A stretch of DNA of 64,000 nucleotides from Polyangiales bacterium (lineage in GTDB: Bacteria > Myxococcota_A > Polyangia > Polyangiales > Polyangiaceae): NCBI GenBank assembly GCA_038230375.1, contig JBBRNJ010000001.1, positions 32,001 to 96,000 of the forward strand, given 5' to 3'. Each line of letters starts with the position of its first letter. Within the stretch, counting starts at the first letter, position 1. The notes beneath the pieces are model-generated. The model was not told the origin of the DNA and ran no database searches. It saw only the letters and a program-made list of their open reading frames with translations. Made by a program: the position numbers and the translations under genes. Positions 56,281 to 64,000 of the stretch are shown here, piece after piece.

Positions 56281-57345
56281 CTAGAGGCCCGCTTCGGCGG
56301 CCTTTTGCTCGATGTAGCCGTGGCAGACGGGGCGCCCGACGAAGTCCGAGTAGTCCTTCGCCAGATCCGCGTTGGTCGTGTCGTGCGGCTTGGTCGTGAC
56401 GGGCGTCATGTGCATGCAGCCCAGTCCGCCGGTGATGCAACCCGAGGCGCTCGCGTCGAGCTCGAGGTAGCCGCCCGCGTTTGCGTTGCTCATGCCGAGC
56501 GACTGCATGGTGGTTGCATTGGTGGACGACGTGCCAGTGACGGTGGAGTGCGCGCCCACGAAGTACGCGCGCTTCAGGTAGTTGATGCTGGTGGTGGAGA
56601 GCCCGTCGCCCGCGCCATCCAGGTTGAAGTAGACGATGCGGTGGAGCGCGACGCTCTTCGGATCCCAGCTGCCGGACAGCTCCGCGAAGAGCTCGTGCGC
56701 GACCAGCGTGCCCGCCGCATGCGCGACGATGACGACCGAGTTGTTCTTGGCGGTGATCTGCGGAAGGAGCGCGGCGATGATCTTCGTGTTGCCGATCTCC
56801 GTTTGCGAATACTGCGGGTCGCTCGGGCCCTGCACTGCATAGATGGTGCGAATGCCGTGCTGCTGCAGCGACGCGCGATAGAGCGCGGTGGCCCACGCCT
56901 CTGCGCCCGCAAGGCTGACACCGTATGCGGCGTACGCGACGAGCACGCCGCTCGCGCCCGGGTTCTGCGTGTCCTTCGACGCCACGCCGGTGCCCACGGT
57001 CACGCCCGTGGCCCACGGGATCGTGTCGGGGTCGGGAGCGGGGGGCGGCAGCGTGGACGCATCTGCTGAAGGCGTCGTGCCTGCATCGCTGTCGCTGTTG
57101 TCGCCACCACTGCCGTTCGCAGCAGGCGAAGCATCGGCGTGGGTGCCCGCGTCGTCGGTCGCGCCGGTCGGCGCAGGGTCCGTGCTGCTCTGGTCCGTGC
57201 CGGGCTCACCGATCTGCGCGCCCGCCTGTCCGCTGCAAGCTGCGAGCGACAGGAATGCAGCGCAGAGCGCTGGACCAGCGGCGAGCCGGAGTGAGCGGTG
57301 GAGAGCGATGAGGGCGGCGTGACCTGGGGCGCTGTTCACACCCAC
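56281..57345 (-). CDS. Lipoprotein with alpha/beta-hydrolase-like domain lacking the nucleophile Ser
   Basis: LAAC lipobox; VVIVAHAAGTLVA elbow; YFNLDG. Confidence 0.68.
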   Translation of the reverse strand: MGVNSAPGHAALIALHRSLRLAAGPALCAAFLSLAACSGQAGAQIGEPGTDQSSTDPAPTGATDDAGTHADASPAANGSGGDNSDSDAGTTPSADASTLPPPAPDPDTIPWATGVTVGTGVASKDTQNPGASGVLVAYAAYGVSLAGAEAWATALYRASLQQHGIRTIYAVQGPSDPQYSQTEIGNTKIIAALLPQITAKNNSVVIVAHAAGTLVAHELFAELSGSWDPKSVALHRIVYFNLDGAGDGLSTTSINYLKRAYFVGAHSTVTGTSSTNATTMQSLGMSNANAGGYLELDASASGCITGGLGCMHMTPVTTKPHDTTNADLAKDYSDFVGRPVCHGYIEQKAAEAGL

Positions 57346-57693
57346 CTACATAGTCGTACTTTGGAGTCTGTCGAGCCGATTCTGGCGTGTATCACGAAAA
57401 TCTATCGGCCATAAGAGCGTGTGTATCCGAGCAGATACGCGAGAATGCTCCGAAGATGGACGGGGCAGGATCCAAGCGCCGACCACAGACACGGACTTCA
57501 ACCTTGACCCTTGACCTCCACTTTGGAAGTGGACGCCGACCCTCGATCCTCCCCTCTGCTTCCGACTCCGCCTCCACGTCCGCTCAGGCTCGCGTGTCCG
57601 TGCGGGTGGTCGCCGTGGTGACCATCTTTTCATGCGTTCACAGCCAGCTACGCTTGGGATCTGTCGGCGCCCACGCAAAACGCTTTGTTGCCG

Positions 57694-60126
57694 ATGCTCG
57701 TTGCGGAGCACGTCGATGCTGACATGCGCGACTTCCTCGAGGGAGTGTCACTGCGTGGAGGCATTGCTGTCGTCCCGCTGGTGGACCCACCCAGCGGGGA
57801 TGGCGATCACACACTGGCGATCTACGTGAAGGGTGATGCACACCCGACCCTCTTGATCGCGCGACCTGCCGGACCAGATGGCCCGTCGGGGCAGCCACTG
57901 CAGCTCCGGCCATACGCACAACCATCGACCGTCACGCCCCAGGATGCGCCCGCGCAGGAACGCGACACCGGTGTGCAGCTGAAGTTCTCGCTGGGCGAGA
58001 TCGTCGGACGTTCGCTTGCGGGAGGCAAACTACGCGTGGAGGCGGCGATCGCCAGCGGCGGTGCTGGCGCTGTCTACCGGGCGGCGCATCGCGATCTCGG
58101 AAGACACGTGGCGGTCAAGCTGATGAAGAGGGACGCCGGCCTGGCGCCGCACCTGACGGAAGCCTTCCAGGCAGAGGCGCAGGCGATGTGCCGCCTCGAT
58201 CATCCGAATCTCGTACGCGTGTTCGACTTCGGGGTGGAACCGGACGGACTGCTCTACATCTCGATGGAGTACCTGGAGGGCATCTCTCTCGAGCAACTCG
58301 TCACGCGTCTCGGGCGGCTCTCCCTGGAACGCGCAGTGGAGATCATGCTGCAGGTCTGCGCGGGGCTATGGCATGCACACTCGCGGGGCGTCGTTCATCG
58401 GGACGTGAAGCCCTCGAACGTGATGCTCGTGACCGGCCACGATGATGACGGGCGGCCGGTGGAGGTCGTCAAGCTCTGCGATTTTGGCATCGCCCTGCAG
58501 GTGGGCAACCGCGACGACGACCGCCGCGCGGTGGGTACGCCCGAGTACATGTCGCCGGAGCAATGCAAGGGGGCGCAGCTCGACGGACGCAGCGACGTGT
58601 ACGCGTGTGGCGTGATGCTCTACGAGCTCGTCACTGGACGAAGGCCGTTCGACGCGGACAGTCCCGAAGAGTTTGCGCGGCAGCATCTCACGATCCGACC
58701 GCCGCCGCCTTCGCGCTTCGTCCCCGCCATGGACCCCGACTTCGAGCGCGTGATCTTGTGCGCCCTCGAGAAGGCGCCCGAGGCGCGGCAGGGCTCGGCG
58801 CGCGAGCTGCGCCAGACGCTCTCGGAGATCCTGGCACGCCGGTCGGTCATGCCGGTGCTCTCGCGGCCCCCGCCGATGCGCGCGCCAGCATCGAGCATGC
58901 CTGAACTCCCGGTCGCCGCGCGGCGGGTGCCCGAGCCGGCTGTTCCCGCCGCCGACTGGCTGGAGGATTCACGCGCCAGCTACGACAACTTCTTCTCGAC
59001 GGTGAACCGACCGATCGAGACCGGCACGTACCACGAAGGGGACGCCCTGGCGCGGGAGGTGGCAGCCGCACCAGCGGAGCGGCTCCGCGCGATGGCGGCG
59101 CTGCGAAATAGCCCTGAGTTCGCGCAGCAAGCTGCGGCGCTCGAGATCGCGGTGAAGACTCTGGCCAAGCGCGGTGACGTTGTTGCGCTCGCGGAGGTTG
59201 TCCGCGTGATGGCGGCAGTGTACGCGGAGGACCAGGCTCGTTCCACGCCCACTCACGTCGCGGAGCGCGCGCTGCGCGTGCTTCACGCCATCGCAGATCC
59301 CCTGAGCCTGGGCCTGCTGGCGGACCGCGTGCTCGCGGACGCGTCGGTGCCGTGGGAGGTGGCATCAGCGCTGTTCACCTGGGCGAAGTCTGCGGGGGCG
59401 GTCGCGCTGCACGACGCACGTCTCCGCCTGCGCGGCGAGTCGGCGCGTCCACGCTTCGTCGCGCTGATGCGGTCCGTGGGCGAGGACGCAAGTCCGGTGC
59501 TGCAAGATGCTCTAGCGCAGCTGATGCCCGGCACCGCGACGACAGTGGCGGACCCAGAGCTGGCGCAGGATCTGCTGCGTTCGGTGCCGCCGCAGCGCGG
59601 TGTCGGAATGGGGGTCGTGGCCGCTCGCTACGTGAGGCTCGAAGATGCTCGACTGCGGGCGGCGGCGCTCACTGTGCTTGCCGCTGCGTGGGGGGAGCGC
59701 GCACTGCCGGAGCTGCAGCACGGCCTCCTGGACGCAGAAGAAGAAGTGCGGTGTGCCGCGATCGGAGGGCTGACCGACCTGCGTGCAATCGACGAGGAGA
59801 CGGCACAGGCCGTCGCGCTGTATCTGGAGCCCGGCACCGTGGCCTCTGACGAGCTGCGCGTTGCGGCGATCGACGCGCTTGGCTGGTCCTCGCATGGAGC
59901 GCGGGCGACCGCACGGAGTCTCGTGCTTGCAGCGTTGGCGCGCGGCGACGACGTGCTCGCGGTGGTGCGTGGTCGGCGTCCGGGGCCCGCCGTCATCCTC
60001 GCGCTCGCGCGCGCAGCGATGTCACTTGCGCCGGGAGATGCGGCAACGCGAATCCGTGCACGAGCCGCCAGGACGCCGGAGCCGCTGCGCGCGCAGCTCC
60101 TGGCCATCGCCACTCGCACACCGTAG
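57694..60126 (+). CDS. Ser/Thr protein kinase with C-terminal HEAT-like repeats
   Basis: GGAGAVY, VAVK, HRDVKPSN, DFG, GTPEYMSPE, DVYACG. Confidence 0.93.
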   Translation: MLVAEHVDADMRDFLEGVSLRGGIAVVPLVDPPSGDGDHTLAIYVKGDAHPTLLIARPAGPDGPSGQPLQLRPYAQPSTVTPQDAPAQERDTGVQLKFSLGEIVGRSLAGGKLRVEAAIASGGAGAVYRAAHRDLGRHVAVKLMKRDAGLAPHLTEAFQAEAQAMCRLDHPNLVRVFDFGVEPDGLLYISMEYLEGISLEQLVTRLGRLSLERAVEIMLQVCAGLWHAHSRGVVHRDVKPSNVMLVTGHDDDGRPVEVVKLCDFGIALQVGNRDDDRRAVGTPEYMSPEQCKGAQLDGRSDVYACGVMLYELVTGRRPFDADSPEEFARQHLTIRPPPPSRFVPAMDPDFERVILCALEKAPEARQGSARELRQTLSEILARRSVMPVLSRPPPMRAPASSMPELPVAARRVPEPAVPAADWLEDSRASYDNFFSTVNRPIETGTYHEGDALAREVAAAPAERLRAMAALRNSPEFAQQAAALEIAVKTLAKRGDVVALAEVVRVMAAVYAEDQARSTPTHVAERALRVLHAIADPLSLGLLADRVLADASVPWEVASALFTWAKSAGAVALHDARLRLRGESARPRFVALMRSVGEDASPVLQDALAQLMPGTATTVADPELAQDLLRSVPPQRGVGMGVVAARYVRLEDARLRAAALTVLAAAWGERALPELQHGLLDAEEEVRCAAIGGLTDLRAIDEETAQAVALYLEPGTVASDELRVAAIDALGWSSHGARATARSLVLAALARGDDVLAVVRGRRPGPAVILALARAAMSLAPGDAATRIRARAARTPEPLRAQLLAIATRTP

Positions 60127-60142
60127 CCGCGCGCGACCTCGA

Positions 60143-60949
60143 CTACCCGAAGTGGTGCGCGCTCACCATCACACCGAGCACCTTCTGCTTGAACGGCACC
60201 GTGCCCACGTCATTGCCCGCGGCTCCGGCGACGACCATCAACGGAAGCAGGTGTTCCTCGCGCGGATGACAGTCGCGCGCGTGCGGCGCCTTGGTCCAAC
60301 CGAGCAGGCGCTCGTCTCGCGTGGCTGCGGCGCTCTCCGTGGTCTCGACGAGCCATGCGTCGAACGCCACCGACGCCGCCAGCCCCGCGGGACCGAAGCC
60401 GCGCAGGTTGTGGAAGCTCATGCCGCTGCCCACGATGAGTACGCCTTCGTCACGCAATGGAGCGAGCGCGCGCCCGATCTCGAGGTGCGCCTTCGGATCG
60501 AGCCCCTTGACGAGCGAGAGCTGGAACGTCGGTATCTCCGCCTCCGGGTAGCTCACCTTCAGCGGAACGAACGTGCCGTGATCGAACCCGCGCGTGTCAT
60601 CGACGGCGGTCTCGAAGCCAGCGCTGGAGAGCAGCTCGCGCACACGCTCCGCGATCTCCGGCGCGCCTGGTGCCGGCCAGGTGAGCTCGTACGACGCCTG
60701 CGGGAAGCCGCCATAGTCGAAGAGGAGTGGTGGATGCGCGCTGGTCTGCACGGTGGGCAGGCGCTCCTCCCAGTGGGCCGACACACAGAGGATGGCGCGC
60801 GGCTTCTCCCTGGGCACGGCGGGGAGCGCGCGCAGGTACTCTGCGAGCGCATCCCATTCCTCGCGCTTCCCGAAGCCAACGTCGACGAAGGGCCACGGGC
60901 CGCCTCCGTGAGGAATGTAGACGGTCGGCATACGGATGCTCTTGCTCAT
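60143..60949 (-). CDS. Class III extradiol ring-cleavage dioxygenase (DODA/LigB family)
   Basis: PHGGGP, SAHW, FDHG, GSGMSFHN, HPREEHLLPL. Confidence 0.92.
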   Translation of the reverse strand: MSKSIRMPTVYIPHGGGPWPFVDVGFGKREEWDALAEYLRALPAVPREKPRAILCVSAHWEERLPTVQTSAHPPLLFDYGGFPQASYELTWPAPGAPEIAERVRELLSSAGFETAVDDTRGFDHGTFVPLKVSYPEAEIPTFQLSLVKGLDPKAHLEIGRALAPLRDEGVLIVGSGMSFHNLRGFGPAGLAASVAFDAWLVETTESAAATRDERLLGWTKAPHARDCHPREEHLLPLMVVAGAAGNDVGTVPFKQKVLGVMVSAHHFG

Positions 60950-61041
60950 GCGCCCAAGGTAACGCAGCGCGGACAACGCCGCAGGGGGCTGCTTGGGCAA
61001 CAGTCCGTTTCACCCCACGCAAATGAACGGGCAGGGTCTCA

Positions 61042-62424
61042 CTACTTGATGGGAACGACGCACCGGCCGCCCGAGCACGGGACGCCGTTACAGCAGTCCG
61101 ACGACTGCATGCATGTCTGGCCGTAGAAGGCACACCCGCCGCCACCGCCGCCGCCACTGCTCCCGTCGGTGCCACCGCCGCCACCGCCGCCGCCGACGGG
61201 CCCGATGCAGGTGCCCGCGGTGGAGCCCGCCGCCAGCGTACAGTGGCTGCCATCGCAGCAGTCGGCGTCGGTGGTGCATGCGCCCGCGTTCGGGACGCAG
61301 TTCGAGCCGAAGCACGAGAACCCGCCGCCCGCCGCTGGTACGCACGGGGAGAGATTGCAGCAGTCAGCGCTGGATGCGCACGAGCCGCCGCTGGGGACAC
61401 ACACGCTTCCCTTGCCGTAGCTGCACCGGGGAACGCCGAGCGCGTCCTGCCTGCAGTTGTCGTTCTGCTGGACGTTGCCGCTGCAGCAGTTGTCGGTCGC
61501 GTTGCACTGGTTGCTCTTGAGCCGGCAGATGTCGCCATCCGGCTTGCAGCCCTTCGGATTGCCACACACGCCGAGCGCGTCGCTGGGGCTGTCCTTGTTG
61601 CAGGCGACGTTCGCCATCGCGCCGGAGCCGCCGCAGCAGTCGGCAGACTTCGCGCAGATGTCGCCGACCGGGTGGCAACCGCTGGCGGGCTGACAAATCA
61701 GGACGCCTGTGGGACCCCACGGAGCGCACGAACGAGAGCAGCAGGAGCCACCGCATACGGGCAGCCCGGCGTCGGTGTACATCGTGGACCCGCCGTTGCT
61801 GCAGACGACGCCGTCGACCATGCTGCACTGCGCGCCGCTTCCTTTTGGTTGGCCGCACGTGCCGAACGCGCCACCCGCGATCGTGCAGACGCCGCCGCAG
61901 CAATCGCTACCGGTCGTGCAGATGTCCCCGTTCTGTGCGCAGTACGAAGGCTGCGCGCAGATGCCCGACTCGCAGAAGCCAGAGCAGCAATCGCCATTGG
62001 CGCCACAGCCATTGCCGAGCGTCTTGCAGGAGGTGTTGAGCGCCACGCAGCTACCTGCGGTGCAGGTGCCGCCGCAGCAGTCTGCATTGCCCGAGCACGC
62101 CTTGCCGTCGCTCGTGCAGGCGGGGGGCTGGCACGAGCCATTGAGGCAGTCACCCGTGCAGCAGTCCGCGTTCGCCTTGCACGAGAGACCCAGCTTCTGG
62201 CACGTGGAAGGTCCGCCCTCGCTGCCGCTCCCCCCGTTCCAGCCGCCGTTGTTGCCGAACATGCTTCCAAGCGCGCCGTCGGCCTTGTTCGCCGAGCCGT
62301 CACCGTCACCGCCGTCAGAGCTGTCGATGGATACGTCTCCATTCGAGCTTCCGCATGCCGCGATGCTGCCTCCGATCAGGAGCACGAGGGAGCCAAGAAG
62401 CGCGACTGTCCAGGGTGTACGCAT
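61042..62424 (-). CDS. Large Cys-rich repeat lipoprotein
   Basis: IAAC lipobox; many C-x4-DCC-x3-C repeats. Confidence 0.85.
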   Translation of the reverse strand: MRTPWTVALLGSLVLLIGGSIAACGSSNGDVSIDSSDGGDGDGSANKADGALGSMFGNNGGWNGGSGSEGGPSTCQKLGLSCKANADCCTGDCLNGSCQPPACTSDGKACSGNADCCGGTCTAGSCVALNTSCKTLGNGCGANGDCCSGFCESGICAQPSYCAQNGDICTTGSDCCGGVCTIAGGAFGTCGQPKGSGAQCSMVDGVVCSNGGSTMYTDAGLPVCGGSCCSRSCAPWGPTGVLICQPASGCHPVGDICAKSADCCGGSGAMANVACNKDSPSDALGVCGNPKGCKPDGDICRLKSNQCNATDNCCSGNVQQNDNCRQDALGVPRCSYGKGSVCVPSGGSCASSADCCNLSPCVPAAGGGFSCFGSNCVPNAGACTTDADCCDGSHCTLAAGSTAGTCIGPVGGGGGGGGTDGSSGGGGGGGCAFYGQTCMQSSDCCNGVPCSGGRCVVPIK

Positions 62425-62439
62425 GGGTTGGAACCACGA

Positions 62440-62455
62440 TGCAAGCACAGTGCCG
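62440..62455 (-). promoter_or_regulatory. Sigma54 promoter of the Cys-rich lipoprotein
   Basis: Minus strand CGGCACTGTGCTTGCA fits GG-N10-GC; divergent from the sigma54 activator. Confidence 0.7.
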
Positions 62456-62619
62456 GCGAAACTGCCTCGCAACGTGCTGATCGCACACGGGCGCGATGGT
62501 CAGCGCCGTTACCACCGAACACGTCGATGGCCATCTCATCTCCGCCCGTCTGACCGACACGGTACCCGCGGGACGGTATTCTCGTACCCAGGCTGAAAAG
62601 CAGGTAAACTCTCGGGCCC

Positions 62620-63984
62620 ATGGTGGAAGGTGAGCACGGGGCCACGCGGCCGCACCCGTCGATAGCGGGCGGCCGGGAGGAGTCGATCCCCAAGCTCGTG
62701 GTTGCCACCGGCCCGAGCAAGGGACGCGCGTTCGCCATGGAGAAGCAGCTCGCCACTGTGGGTCGCCACCAGACGAATGACCTGGTGGTCGACGATCCCA
62801 CGGTCAGCGGCGTACACCTGGAGCTCTCGCGCCTTCCCAATGGCTCCGTGCTCGTCCGCGATGTGCAGACCACGAACGGCACGTGGCTCGGCTCGCATCG
62901 GGTTCAGGAGATCGCGATCGCCGCCACCGGTGGTGAGCTCCGCATCGGTGACAGCCTCCTCAGCTTCGAGCGCGACGTCGCGAACGATCGCAGCGCCCAC
63001 CAGCGCGATTCGTTCGGCGAGCTGGTCGGCGCATCCACCGCGATGCGCGAGCTATTCGGCACGCTGGAGCGCATCGCCAAGAAGGACCTCACGGTCCTGA
63101 TTCACGGTGAAACAGGCACTGGAAAGGAGGAGGTCGCGCGCGCACTGCACCTCGCTTCTCCGCGCGCGAACGCGCCTTTCATCGTCATCGACGCCACGAG
63201 CCTGCCCGACACGCTCGCCGAGTCCCTCCTGTTCGGACACGAGAAGGGCGCCTTCACGGGCGCCACCGATCGCGCCGCTGGCTTCTTCGAGACCGCGCAG
63301 AAGGGCACCGTCTTCATCGACGAGGTCGGCGAGCTTCCGAAGGCGCTGCAGCCGAAGTTCCTGCGGGTGCTCGAGCGGCGCGAGATCACGCGCGTCGGAG
63401 GCCACACCCCGGTCCCGATCGACGTCCGCGTGATCGCCGCCAGCAATCGCGATCTCCGCATGGAGGTCGACAAGGGCAACTTTCGCGACGACCTCTTCTT
63501 CCGCCTCGCCCAGGTGCGCGTGATGATCCCAGCGCTGCGCGACCGTCAGGAGGACGTGCCGGTCTTGTGCCGCAAGCTCCTCATGGCGGCGAACGTGGAG
63601 GCGATGATCGAGGCGGAGGCACTCGCGCACCTTGCCACGCAGAAGTGGCCGGGCAACGTGCGGGAGCTGCGTAATGTGTTGCTGCGCGCGGCGGCGTTCG
63701 CGCAGGACGGCATCGTGCGGCGCGCGGATCTCGCCGGCGAAGGCGCCGGCTTCCGCGGCACCCCTGCGGAGCGCGGCGCGCTGGACCTGAGCGGCACGTT
63801 CGCCGTGGCAAAGGAGCGGGCGCTGGAGCGGTTCGAGCACGCATACCTGTCCGCGGTGCTGCGCCGGTCCGCGGGCAATCTCTCGAAGGCATCACGCGAG
63901 GCCGACCTTGCGCGACACTACTTCCGCGAGCTGTTGAAGAAGCGCGGCCTTTACGGCGTTGCTCTGGAGGACGAGACGCCATGA
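62620..63984 (+). CDS. FHA-domain sigma54-dependent enhancer-binding protein
   Basis: FHA (VGR...VSGVH...TNGT); GETGTGKE, GAFTGA, FIDEVG, WPGNVREL; Fis-type HTH. Confidence 0.94.
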   Translation: MVEGEHGATRPHPSIAGGREESIPKLVVATGPSKGRAFAMEKQLATVGRHQTNDLVVDDPTVSGVHLELSRLPNGSVLVRDVQTTNGTWLGSHRVQEIAIAATGGELRIGDSLLSFERDVANDRSAHQRDSFGELVGASTAMRELFGTLERIAKKDLTVLIHGETGTGKEEVARALHLASPRANAPFIVIDATSLPDTLAESLLFGHEKGAFTGATDRAAGFFETAQKGTVFIDEVGELPKALQPKFLRVLERREITRVGGHTPVPIDVRVIAASNRDLRMEVDKGNFRDDLFFRLAQVRVMIPALRDRQEDVPVLCRKLLMAANVEAMIEAEALAHLATQKWPGNVRELRNVLLRAAAFAQDGIVRRADLAGEGAGFRGTPAERGALDLSGTFAVAKERALERFEHAYLSAVLRRSAGNLSKASREADLARHYFRELLKKRGLYGVALEDETP

Positions 63985-64000
63985 GGTTCAGCTGGGTGGT

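Noticed and set aside
54607..57069. 820-aa plus-strand ORF
   Set aside because: Antisense shadow of several minus-strand genes; no motifs
63981..64000. ATG overlapping the EBP stop (MRFSWV...)
   Set aside because: Probably the next gene, but only 20 nt are visible, too little to call

Overview
GC-rich bacterial chromosomal window that looks myxobacterial (Myxococcota, probably Polyangiales/Sorangiineae-like). This is inferred from the many Cys- and Gly-rich lipoproteins, a eukaryotic-like Ser/Thr kinase, a PP2C phosphatase, an FHA-sigma54 activator and two ECF sigma modules. About 60 CDS: metabolic enzymes (beta-carbonic anhydrase, MBL hydrolase, AKR, amidohydrolase, desaturase plus reductase, GH3, PafA-type phosphatase, OYE, SDR, DODA dioxygenase), regulators (3 LysR, TetR, MerR, XRE, response regulator, wHTH) and a SWIM-SNF2 helicase. 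I saw no rRNA, tRNA, CRISPR array, transposase or integrase. Most interesting: (i) an ECF sigma / zinc anti-sigma / S41 PDZ-protease operon; (ii) a five-gene ECF trans-envelope module; (iii) two 7-5-7 palindromes in a convergent intergenic gap, suggesting a hidden transcript; (iv) a zinc-ribbon/YGxP lipopeptide and a triple Cys-motif mini-protein; (v) many apparently leaderless sigma70 and sigma54 promoters; (vi) dispersed hexamer-repeat elements; (vii) several pseudo-enzymes and internally deleted pseudogenes. Start codons were re-picked by eye, and family assignments come from motif recognition, not database searches.
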